A DNA stretch of 64,000 bases from NCBI GenBank assembly GCA_028282885.1, contig JANQGX010000058.1, positions 68,078-132,077 of the forward strand, given 5' to 3'. Both the position numbers and the translations under genes were made by a program. The notes beneath the pieces were generated by a model, which saw only the letters and a program-made list of their open reading frames with translations, made no database searches and was not told the origin of the DNA. This DNA comes from SAR324 cluster bacterium. GTDB taxonomy: Bacteria; SAR324; XYD2-FULL-50-16. Below are positions 54,791-64,000 of this stretch, in pieces. Numbering within the stretch: the first letter of the stretch is position 1; each line of letters starts with the position of its first letter.

Positions 54791-56068
54791 TTATGTTTCT
54801 ACTGAGATTTTTGTCAACCCCCCCATGTAGGGAACCAGTTCCTTGGGAATGGTTACACTTCCGTCCTCATTCTGGTAATTCTCCAGAATTGCCACCACTG
54901 TTCTGCCGATAGCCATGCCGGAACCATTCAAGGTGTGGACAAATCTTGTTTTTCCTCCTTCAGCCGGTTTAAAGCGGATGTTGGAACGTCTTGCCTGAAA
55001 ATCGGTACAGTTGGAGCAGCTCGAAATTTCGCGGTACTTGTGTTCAGAGGGAATCCAGACTTCAATGTCGTAACATTTGGCCGCGCTGAATCCGATATCT
55101 CCGGAACAGAGTGACACCACCCTATAGGGCAACTCCAGTCGTTTTAGCACCTCTTCCGCCTGTTTTAGCAGCGACTCCAATTCTTCAAACGATTTCTCCG
55201 GATGGACAATTTTTACCAGTTCAACCTTATTGAACTGATGCTGTCTGATATACCCCTTGGTATCTTTTCCATACGATCCGGCTTCGCTTCTGAAGCAGGG
55301 GGTAAATGCCGTAAAATAGTGGGGCAGAGACTCCTCTTTGACGATTTCATTGCCAAAAACACCGGTTAAGGGCACTTCCGAGGTTGGGATAAGATACAGA
55401 CCCTCGGTTGTTCTAAACAGATCTTCTTCAAACTTCGGCAGTTGCCCGGTACCTGTGATTGTCTGGGTATTAACCAGCACCGGTGGTATCATTTCCGTAT
55501 AACCAAATTCACCGGTATGAATGTCCAGCATGAAATTCGCCAGGGCTCGTTCAAGTCTGGCACCGATTCCCTTAACCAATGTAAAACGGGAATGGGCCAG
55601 TTTCACTCCGCGTACAAAATCCAGAACATCGAGTTTTTCTGCCAGGTCTGCGTGATGTTTGTGTTCAAAGTCAAATACCGGGATATCTCCCCAGGTATGG
55701 ACTTCCTTATTATCGTCCTCTGATTTACCTATAGGGGTGGAATCATGTAGGAGATTTGGAATACCCATGGCGATGGCATCGATTTCATCTTCCAGTTCCT
55801 TTGTTTTGGCATTCTTTTCCTTGATCACCTCGCCCAGGTTTCGGGTCTCCTCAATCAATGCCTTTTTCGCTTCCGCTTCCAGGTTCCCCTTTCCAATCAA
55901 TGATGAGTTTTCATTCCTTTTCTGCTTGATCTGATCTAATTCAAAGATGATTTCTCTTCGCTGTTTATCCAGATCCAGCAGTTGGTCCAGATCGATATCT
56001 CCACCACGGTTTTTGATGGATGTTTTGATTAATTCGGGTTCACTTCTTAACAGTTTTATATCAATCAT
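54791..56068 (-). CDS. serS: Serine--tRNA ligase
   Basis: N-terminal coiled-coil arm. Class II motifs (FRSEAGSYGKDTKG, GSGMAIGRT). Confidence 0.95.
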   Translation of the reverse strand: MIDIKLLRSEPELIKTSIKNRGGDIDLDQLLDLDKQRREIIFELDQIKQKRNENSSLIGKGNLEAEAKKALIEETRNLGEVIKEKNAKTKELEDEIDAIAMGIPNLLHDSTPIGKSEDDNKEVHTWGDIPVFDFEHKHHADLAEKLDVLDFVRGVKLAHSRFTLVKGIGARLERALANFMLDIHTGEFGYTEMIPPVLVNTQTITGTGQLPKFEEDLFRTTEGLYLIPTSEVPLTGVFGNEIVKEESLPHYFTAFTPCFRSEAGSYGKDTKGYIRQHQFNKVELVKIVHPEKSFEELESLLKQAEEVLKRLELPYRVVSLCSGDIGFSAAKCYDIEVWIPSEHKYREISSCSNCTDFQARRSNIRFKPAEGGKTRFVHTLNGSGMAIGRTVVAILENYQNEDGSVTIPKELVPYMGGLTKISVET

Positions 56069-56069
56069 C

Positions 56070-57332
56070 TTATCTCACCTTGAAGTAGATCATCATGGCA
56101 ATCACGAGCAACGCAACCGATCTGATATGATTTTTCCAGATAACCTTATTGTTGATATGCTCTTGTTTCACATACTTGTCTTCGTCCGGGATATTCCCTA
56201 TTCCCAGTCTCTTCAAGAACTCGTGCCAGACCGAGACAATCTCCATCGAGCCTTCGCGGTACTTCAACATAGCCTGCTGATGGTGATGAAACGGCGCCTT
56301 ATAGAAAAAACGGTACTTTTCTGCCCATTCCCTGCCGTTTCTGCGCAGCATAATTTTAAACCACAATCTCTGAATCATGGAGCTGATAGCAGCCAGAACG
56401 AATGTCCCTCCCACTATTGGCAGGTAAAGCTCCGCCTTGATAAAAATGAACATGGAACAAACGGCGGCTCCCATTCCCAAGGAACCCACATCTCCCATAT
56501 AAATCTGTGCGGGCGGCGAATTGAATTTCAGAAAAGCGGCGCAGGCGGCAATAATGGATACGGCAAAAATGGCAACCTCTTTAATCTCTTCCGAAAGGTA
56601 GAGCAGCTTTAGCCTATCGCTCCAATCAGCGTCTCCGGCTATAACGGCGGCTGATGCCACAAACACGGCACATGTCGCAATAGGTACGGTTGCCAGAGAG
56701 TCCAAACCGTCCGTCAAATTGACCGCATTGGCACCCCCCACGAAAATCAAGGCTGTAAATGGGATGAAAAGATAGGGATGCATTTCCGGGAACCAGTTCT
56801 TCATAGGAATTCCGGGAATATGAATCCTGCCGTCAATCCCTTCAAAAAACAGGTAAAAGATAGCAATGACCAGTAAGGCTATCACAAACTCCAGGACAAG
56901 CCGGAAATCACCACGGATCCCGTCTGCTTTGTCGGCGTAGGAGTTTCTTTTGGTCAGCCCGGCTTCTATTCTCCTTTTATGAATGACCTTGACGACGTCA
57001 TCAATGGCACCAATGGTGGCAAAAGAGGCTATGGTGATGAACAGAGCGATAGTATATTCATTCATCCAGGACCACAACAGAGCCGAAAACATAATGACCG
57101 GTATCAGGATAAGCCCACCCATAATGGGCGTTGCACCGTTATACGGACCGGTTTTGTCTACCGAACCACTTTTAAAATCGGACGTGATGTTCTTGTGTCT
57201 GAAAGTTCTGATAGCGGCAGGCATCATGAAACTGATCAAGAAATAGGTTGTCAGAAAGGTAAGACCGCCCCGGAAAAACACCGATTTAAATATTTGATAT
57301 GGGAGAATGTAGTAAAGAAGGTCCGCCAGCAT
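56070..57332 (-). CDS. mraY: MraY-family phospho-N-acetylmuramoyl-pentapeptide transferase (420 aa, with an internal insertion and a C-terminal extension)
   Basis: ANAVNLTDGLDSLA, YMGDVGSLGMGAAV and PFHHHQQ motifs match MraY. Confidence 0.65.
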   Translation of the reverse strand: MLADLLYYILPYQIFKSVFFRGGLTFLTTYFLISFMMPAAIRTFRHKNITSDFKSGSVDKTGPYNGATPIMGGLILIPVIMFSALLWSWMNEYTIALFITIASFATIGAIDDVVKVIHKRRIEAGLTKRNSYADKADGIRGDFRLVLEFVIALLVIAIFYLFFEGIDGRIHIPGIPMKNWFPEMHPYLFIPFTALIFVGGANAVNLTDGLDSLATVPIATCAVFVASAAVIAGDADWSDRLKLLYLSEEIKEVAIFAVSIIAACAAFLKFNSPPAQIYMGDVGSLGMGAAVCSMFIFIKAELYLPIVGGTFVLAAISSMIQRLWFKIMLRRNGREWAEKYRFFYKAPFHHHQQAMLKYREGSMEIVSVWHEFLKRLGIGNIPDEDKYVKQEHINNKVIWKNHIRSVALLVIAMMIYFKVR

Positions 57333-57341
57333 CGCCTTTTC

Positions 57342-57977
57342 TCAGTTCCAATATTGATTGAATGGATTGAATTGTCGCTCTCTTCCGATCTTTGTGGCAC
57401 CCATATGTCCACAGTACACATTGATTTCGTCATCCAACGGCATCAGTTTGTTCTTGATGGATTGCATCAGTATCTCCATGGAACCGCCCGGGAGATCTGT
57501 TCTACCAATACTGCCGGCAAACAGGGTATCGCCCACAAAGACATCGTTTTTAAAGAGAAAACAGACGCCGCCGGGCGAATGCCCAGGTGTTTCAAGGACC
57601 GTGAAGCTTTCCGATCCGAAGGTGTAGGTTTTGGCGGGATCAATATACTCGGAAATCTGAGGAGGTGTCATCTCCGGCATCCCAAACATCAACAAACTTT
57701 GAGCGAAAGCTTCCGGCTGAATGAAGGGTTCCTCGTCCTTGTGAAGTAAAAAAGGCACGTTTTTAGTTTTTTGAATTTCATGAACCGCTCCCACATGATC
57801 GAAATGCGCGTGCGTGTTGATGATATATTTGAGATCAAGTTCCTCGTTGTCGATTTCATTCATGATTCTTCCGGGCTCTCCACCTGGATCGATCAAAATA
57901 GCTTCCTTGCTTGATTCACATACCAGCAGGTAACAATTGGTGCCGATAGGGGCTACGGTTAAGGTTTTGATAATCAT
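57342..57977 (-). CDS. MBL-fold metallo-hydrolase (glyoxalase II-like)
   Basis: HAHFDHVG motif and downstream His/Asp ligands. Confidence 0.8.
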   Translation of the reverse strand: MIIKTLTVAPIGTNCYLLVCESSKEAILIDPGGEPGRIMNEIDNEELDLKYIINTHAHFDHVGAVHEIQKTKNVPFLLHKDEEPFIQPEAFAQSLLMFGMPEMTPPQISEYIDPAKTYTFGSESFTVLETPGHSPGGVCFLFKNDVFVGDTLFAGSIGRTDLPGGSMEILMQSIKNKLMPLDDEINVYCGHMGATKIGRERQFNPFNQYWN

Positions 57978-57998
57978 ATTTAAATCTCCCTGGTTGGG

Positions 57999-59492
57999 TT
58001 AGCTTTCCCGCATGAGTGGAAAAAGGATAACGTCCCTGATACTGGCTTGATCCGTCAGTAACATCACCATCCTGTCGATTCCAAGCCCTGTTCCCCCAGT
58101 CGGTGGCATACCGTATTCCAGCGCCTGGATGAAGTCCTCATCCATGGGATGTGTCTCCTCCTCACCTCCCCGGCCCCTGTCCACCTGATCCTGAAAAAAC
58201 TTCCGTTGTAGAATTGGATCGTTCAATTCACTGTAAGCGTTGCCCAATTCCCATCCGTTCATATAGGGTTCAAACCGTTCCACCAGTCCCTGTTCGCTCC
58301 TGTGCATCTTGCATAGTGGAGTGGTTTCCATTGGATGGTCGGTAATAAAAACGGGTTGAACCAGGTGATCTTCGCAATAGAGTTCAAAAATTTCCGCGGT
58401 GGCAAGGCCTCTGTTGTATTGGCCTTCAAGCTCAACTCCCCTGGACTTGAGAATCGCAGCGATCTCGTCATCTGATTTTTCATCAATCTCAAATCCACCA
58501 TATTTTTTGATGGCATCCTTCATCGTCAACCTTTCCCAGGGAGGAGTAAGATCCAGTTCAACACCCTGGTAGGTAATTTTGGTGGTACCGTTCACGGCAA
58601 GACAAGCTTCTTTATAGATGGTTTCGAAGTGAACCATCATATCGTTATAATCGGCATAGGCCTGGTAATATTCCACCTGGGTGAATTCGGGATTATGTGT
58701 TCGGTCAATGCCTTCGTTCCTGAAATCCTTGACTATTTCGTATACCCTATTGATACCACCAACAATACATCGCTTCAGATATAACTCGTTGGAAATCCGC
58801 AGGTACAGCTTCATATCCAGGGCGTTATGATGGGTCTCAAACGGATGGGCATTGGCCCCCCCATAGATACTTTGCAGAGTCGGCGTTTCAACTTCCAGAA
58901 AACCGTTTCGCTCCAGATAGTTGCGAATTGTCTGGACAATCAAGGCTCTTTTTTTAAAGATGTCTGCCACCCGGTCATTTAGCACCAGGTCTACATGTCT
59001 CTGCCTGTACCGTTGTTCAATATTCTTGAATTGGTCGAAGACAACCTTCTCACCATCCACCATTTTCTCTTTCGGAACAGGTAAGGGCCTGATTGCTTTG
59101 CACAAGACCTCAAACCGTTTCACATTGATGGTCAGTTCTCCGGTTTTGGTCGTAAACAGTGCACCTTCAACACCGATAAAATCTCCCAGGTCCAGGCACT
59201 TGAAAACTTCATATGCTTCATCACCGACAGCTTTTTTGGAGACATAAAGCTGAATTCTCTCCCTTTCATTTTTCAGATTACAAAAGGCAGTTTTGCCCTG
59301 CCTCCTGAAAGCCAGCAATCTTCCGCATACCTTAACCTCTTCTTGGCTTTCGATCAGGGCGTCCCTCTGTTCCTTCAGTTGTTTAATCGATTGATTCTCC
59401 TGAAACTTATAGGGAAAGGGATCTACACCCTGGGACCTCAGCCGTTCGAGTTTTTCGAGGCGTACGTTCATCTGATTACTGATTTCACTCAT
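57999..59492 (-). CDS. lysS: Lysine--tRNA ligase (class II)
   Basis: Anticodon-binding OB domain. Class II motifs (FRNEGIDRTHNPEFT, GGTGLGIDRMVML). Confidence 0.95.
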   Translation of the reverse strand: MSEISNQMNVRLEKLERLRSQGVDPFPYKFQENQSIKQLKEQRDALIESQEEVKVCGRLLAFRRQGKTAFCNLKNERERIQLYVSKKAVGDEAYEVFKCLDLGDFIGVEGALFTTKTGELTINVKRFEVLCKAIRPLPVPKEKMVDGEKVVFDQFKNIEQRYRQRHVDLVLNDRVADIFKKRALIVQTIRNYLERNGFLEVETPTLQSIYGGANAHPFETHHNALDMKLYLRISNELYLKRCIVGGINRVYEIVKDFRNEGIDRTHNPEFTQVEYYQAYADYNDMMVHFETIYKEACLAVNGTTKITYQGVELDLTPPWERLTMKDAIKKYGGFEIDEKSDDEIAAILKSRGVELEGQYNRGLATAEIFELYCEDHLVQPVFITDHPMETTPLCKMHRSEQGLVERFEPYMNGWELGNAYSELNDPILQRKFFQDQVDRGRGGEEETHPMDEDFIQALEYGMPPTGGTGLGIDRMVMLLTDQASIRDVILFPLMRES

Positions 59493-59667
59493 TGCTTGTG
59501 ACCTTTTGTCTTTGGAGGTTTCCTGCTCCCTGGCAGAATGTTAAGCGTTTTTTGCCTAAACTTTTACGTTGCCTTTTTCCGGTAAGGTCCGTCAAATCCT
59601 TTTTACGGCAGATATTGCTGATGATTAAAAACAAAATCTGCTCTTTTACATCCTCGGATTCCGTTTG

Positions 59668-60690
59668 TTAAATCGAAGAGGGTTCCAACAGGAGATGTCT
59701 GATTCTTTCCAATACGGATGGTTCCATATCAGCAGCCTTTAACAGATATTGAAAGGCATCCCCGTAATCAGAGGTCAGCCGAAACAGAAACTGCTGAATG
59801 GCATTCAGAGGTGCTGTCAGAAAAGGTTCCAGTTTTTTCGTGTCCAGATTCTGTGAATCGAGTCTGGCTCTGATGTTATCGATAACCGGCGCTATACACT
59901 CGTTGGAAAGCTGGTGATCTTCAATTATCTGCCCCTCGGTAATCCCCAACAATGAGAGTAAAAGAGCCGCACAAGCACCTGATCTGTCCTTTCCGCCGGT
60001 ACAATGAAAAACCAACGGAAGGTTGTTTTCGTCACTTATCAAAGAAAAGACCTCTCTCCATGTCGTCTGACAGCGGTCCAGGTAGGATTCATAGTTTTTC
60101 ACCATGAAATCGGACGCCGGCCAGTCTCCTTCACCCTTTAGCAACAGGTCCATGGCGGTGGCAAAGTCAAACTCTCCGCTTTTAACAGGCAGGTGTATTC
60201 TTCTGATTTTAGATCCTTTTGACCGCAAATCCGGTGACTTTTCTATCTCCTTCTCAGTTCGGAAATCGATGATGGTTTGGATCGAAAGATTTTGCAATAA
60301 CCTGTTGTCATTTTCAGTCATCCGGAACAGACCGTCTGCCCGATAGACAAGTCCCCATCTGGTTACCTTCCCTTCTTTATTATGATAACCTCCCAAATCA
60401 CGAAAATTGGCAGCACCTTCGAAATGAATTTTTCTTTCGCCAAACGTATATATTCTGTTGCCGCTATCCCTGACTTGGAAAAGAACTCTTCTAAAAGGAG
60501 GCAGTTCAGTCAGTTCATACTCACCATCCCAGGTTTCCGCGACAAATACCCAGTCTGACTCGGTAATACCGGTTTCCGACTTGTATATCCTGAAAGGGGG
60601 TTTTATACACTTTGATAGCTGTTTCAGGATAAGCGTGTTTTTATCTGTACGAATCGCATATGGATAGAGATTCTTTAATCTGTCAGCCAT
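59668..60690 (-). CDS. Protein-tyrosine / dual-specificity phosphatase (CX5R) with an unassigned N-terminal domain
   Basis: VFHCTGGKDRSG P-loop. Confidence 0.75.
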   Translation of the reverse strand: MADRLKNLYPYAIRTDKNTLILKQLSKCIKPPFRIYKSETGITESDWVFVAETWDGEYELTELPPFRRVLFQVRDSGNRIYTFGERKIHFEGAANFRDLGGYHNKEGKVTRWGLVYRADGLFRMTENDNRLLQNLSIQTIIDFRTEKEIEKSPDLRSKGSKIRRIHLPVKSGEFDFATAMDLLLKGEGDWPASDFMVKNYESYLDRCQTTWREVFSLISDENNLPLVFHCTGGKDRSGACAALLLSLLGITEGQIIEDHQLSNECIAPVIDNIRARLDSQNLDTKKLEPFLTAPLNAIQQFLFRLTSDYGDAFQYLLKAADMEPSVLERIRHLLLEPSSI

Positions 60691-60865
60691 ATCAATTGTT
60701 CAGTTTGTCATAAGTTGTTTATTAAACATCCCGGCCGTCTGGTATCCATCAGATATCGAACCCTCGCTGGGTCTTGGTCCTCACTATGGACTGATTCCCA
60801 AAAGACTGGTAAAAATGATAGAGAGTCTATTGAAACTGATCTAACAACCGCCTTGACCAATCAAC

Positions 60866-61579
60866 ATGAGATATCTCACTTTTCTCGGCACTTTGCCGGT
60901 TATAATCATCCTACTGTCTGCCTGTTCACCATCGTCTCAGACAACCCTTTCGGAAGTCATTCCCGGGCATAACAAGGAAGCTGTTTCCGAAAGAAAAAAA
61001 ATCGGAGAAACAAAGACACATCCGGAAACGGCCGATATAATGGGAAAATCCGTGGCTGTGTTTACAGTAGTTGTTACCCCCGACGCACCCCAAGCCCTGG
61101 TAGAGTCCCTTCACCACAAGCTTCTGAAAAGGTTGAGTGATAACGGTCTTTATGAGCTTGTTCTTAGTGATCAGGTTCTCAACGAGAGATTGAGTGCAAA
61201 TCCCAAACTGGTTCAGGCAAAGGAGATTTATCTGGATAGTTTAACTGCCGTATCGGTCTCGGACAAGGACATCTCCAATCCTTTGGGAAAAACGTTGAAA
61301 GTAGAGAATTTGCTCATTTTTCAGCTCGATCAATGGCCATGCACGGGTTGTAGACAAAGTAGCACCCTCAGAATGAAACTCCGGCTGGTGGACAGTGAAA
61401 GCAGCTTCGTTCTTTGGACAGGGATTGCGGAAATCCAAAAGGTAACCCAAAAAGAATTGGAAGATCCGGACGCCCTGGGATTGAATCTCGCAGACCAGCT
61501 AATAGATGAGTTTTATCTCTGTTTCATGAAAAAGTGGCATCGTAAACGATTTGATAATCTGGCAAAACTTGCCAGTTGA
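60866..61579 (+). CDS. Lipoprotein of unknown function
   Basis: Lipobox LLSACS after a hydrophobic signal. Confidence 0.5.
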   Translation: MRYLTFLGTLPVIIILLSACSPSSQTTLSEVIPGHNKEAVSERKKIGETKTHPETADIMGKSVAVFTVVVTPDAPQALVESLHHKLLKRLSDNGLYELVLSDQVLNERLSANPKLVQAKEIYLDSLTAVSVSDKDISNPLGKTLKVENLLIFQLDQWPCTGCRQSSTLRMKLRLVDSESSFVLWTGIAEIQKVTQKELEDPDALGLNLADQLIDEFYLCFMKKWHRKRFDNLAKLAS

Positions 61580-61594
61580 TACAATGAGCAAGTC

Positions 61595-62152
61595 ATGAGC
61601 AAATCGTCTGATAAAGAGAGGAATCCCGAGCTAAAAGACAATCCTTTGGTAAATTACCTTGTTCTGTTCCAAAATCAGCACAAGGTGGTCTCGACTTTAT
61701 ACAGAGGGCTGATCATCTCTCTTTTTGGATTCTTTATTCTTTTGAGTTTTCTGGTTTTTTCTATCTTTGATAGTGCAGTGTTCCCCTTTTGGGGAAAGGT
61801 TGTCATTATCACTATCGATGTTCTTCTATTGGTGGGAATTGGCAAAGCCTTCTACGAGCTGGGAAAGTACAAAAAAAAGAGTCTCTCCGTGCTCAACCAG
61901 GTTTATGAGTACCTTAAAAACGATCTGGCAAAGCTTGAAGAGATAAAACGGGAAAACAGGGTTATTGAGCAGGCAAATAAGAAGCTACAAAATAAGGTAC
62001 TTTCTCTCTATCCTGAATCAAAGAAACACGTCATCGAGAACTACCAGGGTTGGGACAGTCAGATCTGTCCTAATTGTCACACTGCTTTGGAAATGTTGAC
62101 CGAGGTTTGCCCCCAATGCCAACATCATTTGGGTAAGACATATACGAATTGA
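61595..62152 (+). CDS. Membrane protein (2 TM) with a C-terminal CxxC...CxxC zinc ribbon
   Basis: Two TM helices. ICPNCH...CPQCQ. Confidence 0.45.
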   Translation: MSKSSDKERNPELKDNPLVNYLVLFQNQHKVVSTLYRGLIISLFGFFILLSFLVFSIFDSAVFPFWGKVVIITIDVLLLVGIGKAFYELGKYKKKSLSVLNQVYEYLKNDLAKLEEIKRENRVIEQANKKLQNKVLSLYPESKKHVIENYQGWDSQICPNCHTALEMLTEVCPQCQHHLGKTYTN

Positions 62153-62174
62153 ACGATACTTGCCGGTTAAGCTG

Positions 62175-63887
62175 TTAATTTCTCGCCACCATTGAATTCA
62201 CAATCATCTGCCGCTTTTTCTCCCCCCTGAAGTTATTCTCACCAAGGGTTACTGCAAGGTCATAGTAGTTCCCATGTTTATGAGTGTCAGCCCCATTCCA
62301 ATGAATCAGTTCCAAATCCGGCTCCAGCACCCATTTCAAATGTTTACCTGTCATTGTTGTGGGAACCGGCAGTTTCACCCTGGAGACGTAGAAAACCGGT
62401 TTCCTGTTTTTATGTCCATACGGTTCCAGGATTTTTAGCTTATCGATCAGGGAAAACGTCATCATGTCCAGTTTAACTTCGATGCCTGCCTGTACCGCCT
62501 GGGGCGAATTCTTTGGAATCAACTCTGCGCAAACATCGGTATACTTCTGATGAAACTCTTCCAGGTTTTCCTTCTTCAGACTACAACCCGCAGCATTAGC
62601 ATGTCCGCCATACTGCAGTAGAAGATCATCACACCGGCTCAGAATCTTTATAATATTTTGATTCTTGGACCGGCAGGAGGCTTTAAGAATACCGTTTTCT
62701 CCATCGGTCACAACAATGCTGGGAAAATAGAACTGGTCAACCAGTCTGCTGGCGACAACTCCGATTAACCCCTCGTGAAATGATTCGTTATAAATGACAA
62801 TGCCCATATCGTCATTCAACAGGTCTTCCGCCTGCTGTTGGGCCTTTTTTGTCATAATCTGCTGTTTTTTTCTTCTCTTCTGGTTCAGTCGCTCCAGATA
62901 TTGGTAACGGCTATCAGCAACCTGGTCATTATCGGACAAGAGGAAGTTTAATCCTTCCTCGGCATCTTTCATGCGACCGGTGGCATTCAGCAGAGGAGCC
63001 AGATTAAAAGCTATGGATTCACTGTTAAATGATTTGGTTGAGGTTTTTTCAGCAAATACACGCAAGTAACTGTAAAAGCTGTTGGATTTGCCTTCATGCA
63101 GACTCTTGGTCATGCGGTTTAATCCGAACTTGGCAAAAATCCGATTCAGTCCCAATAGAGGTACCTGATCGGCAATTGTCCCCAAGGCAACCAGATCCAG
63201 ATGTTCTGCCAGGTTTGGTTCTTTTCCGTTATTAAGCCAAAATCCCATCTCCCTGAGTCGGGTCCTGACAGCAACCAGGAACATAAAAACCACACCAACA
63301 CCCGACAACTCTTCAAAAGGATATTGACAGGACTCCTGTTTGGGATTCAAAATGGCGCACTCCGGAGTCATCGAATCCTGTGGCAGGTGATGATCTGTCA
63401 CGATGACGTCAGTTCCGCTCTGTTTGATCTGCTCGATTTCGTTTCTGGCAGTTATTCCATTATCCACCGTAATAACGAGTTCCGGATTGGCGGACTGAAT
63501 CACCTTTACAGTCTTTTCAGTTAATCCATAACCATGTAAAAACCGATTGGGAATAAAGCTCTCAAACCTGTCAAAACCCAGTTGCCTGAACATCCGTATC
63601 AGCAATGCTGTGGATGTAATTCCATCCACATCATAGTCGCCAACAACCAAGACTTTCTTCTTCTGCAGAATGGCTTGGATAAAAAGCTCCACCGCAATCT
63701 CTATATCCTTCATTGAAGAGGGATTGGGAATATCGGCCAGAGATGCTTGCAGAAAGGATTTTTGGTAGTTGGAGTCCAGGTTATTGAGTATGGCATTGAT
63801 GATCTGGTCTTCGATAATCAGGTTGGATTGATTATTATACCAGTCATCTATTGGGATTTCTGGGGTTATTGTAACCGGAAAACTCAT
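62175..63887 (-). CDS. recJ: Single-stranded-DNA-specific exonuclease RecJ
   Basis: DHH motifs (VVGDYDVDGITS, VIVTDHH) and DHHA1 (GGHANAAG). Confidence 0.9.
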   Translation of the reverse strand: MSFPVTITPEIPIDDWYNNQSNLIIEDQIINAILNNLDSNYQKSFLQASLADIPNPSSMKDIEIAVELFIQAILQKKKVLVVGDYDVDGITSTALLIRMFRQLGFDRFESFIPNRFLHGYGLTEKTVKVIQSANPELVITVDNGITARNEIEQIKQSGTDVIVTDHHLPQDSMTPECAILNPKQESCQYPFEELSGVGVVFMFLVAVRTRLREMGFWLNNGKEPNLAEHLDLVALGTIADQVPLLGLNRIFAKFGLNRMTKSLHEGKSNSFYSYLRVFAEKTSTKSFNSESIAFNLAPLLNATGRMKDAEEGLNFLLSDNDQVADSRYQYLERLNQKRRKKQQIMTKKAQQQAEDLLNDDMGIVIYNESFHEGLIGVVASRLVDQFYFPSIVVTDGENGILKASCRSKNQNIIKILSRCDDLLLQYGGHANAAGCSLKKENLEEFHQKYTDVCAELIPKNSPQAVQAGIEVKLDMMTFSLIDKLKILEPYGHKNRKPVFYVSRVKLPVPTTMTGKHLKWVLEPDLELIHWNGADTHKHGNYYDLAVTLGENNFRGEKKRQMIVNSMVARN

Positions 63888-64000
63888 TTTTTTCCTGTGA
63901 TGACTTTGAAGCGGGCTTTCTTGGAGTCTTTGGAATCGAGTTGTTTGAGATAATATCTGGATTTCTCGACGTATGGAGTAAAAGCAGCGTGGTTAGAGGT
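63888..64000 (-). CDS. 3' end of an upstream gene (partial; C-terminus ...YVEKSRYYLKQLDSKDSKKARFKVITGKK). Its stop overlaps the recJ start.
   Basis: Open frame running off the window edge. ATGA overlap with recJ. Confidence 0.3.

Noticed and set aside
59493-59667. TGGCAG-N5-TAAGC resembling a sigma-54 -24/-12 element upstream of lysS
   Set aside because: It is on the plus strand with no plus-strand gene downstream, and the -12 element deviates from TTGC.
1-64000. Searched for CRISPR arrays, IS elements/transposases, integrases and prophage genes
   Set aside because: No regularly spaced direct repeats, no transposase or integrase-like ORFs, and no terminal inverted repeats were seen. The only tandem repeats are coding repeats inside gene 3220..5286.

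Overview
This 64-kb window looks like ordinary chromosome from a diderm (Gram-negative-type) bacterium. It is about 45% GC and densely coded on both strands, with no transposases, CRISPR arrays or obvious prophage genes. Most genes are core housekeeping or envelope genes: rsmG, a RelA-type (p)ppGpp synthetase, gmk, rpmB, dprA, a ybgF-like gene and bamD, kdsD/kpsF, an lpxL-family acyltransferase, gmhB, HU/IHF, pspA, rpoN, hisD-hisB, alaS, trpD-trpC-trpF, alaA, recR-ybaB-dnaX, ffs, four tRNAs, serS, an mraY-family gene, lysS and recJ. Between them sit several unusual modules. (1) A FliN/SpoA-domain protein with a ~600-residue polyacidic N-terminus, followed by a FliM-like protein that lacks the CheY-binding peptide, with no other flagellar genes nearby. 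(2) dnaX is interrupted at an A9 homopolymer; the reading frame is restored only by a -1 shift, so this is either a programmed frameshift or slippage site, or an indel error. (3) A signalling cluster: a tandem-RCK K+ channel, a large cNMP-binding protein and a PilZ-like protein. (4) Two B12-binding radical SAM enzymes, one with a Cx4Cx2C cluster motif next to a class V aminotransferase. (5) An orphan GspE/GspF ATPase-platform pair. (6) A tandem CDP-alcohol phosphatidyltransferase, a rhodanese(Cys->Asp)-Nfu fusion, and a STAND-like ATPase-TPR protein. A 4.5S SRP RNA gene (ffs) and a Ser/Arg tRNA cluster lie between serS and dnaX.
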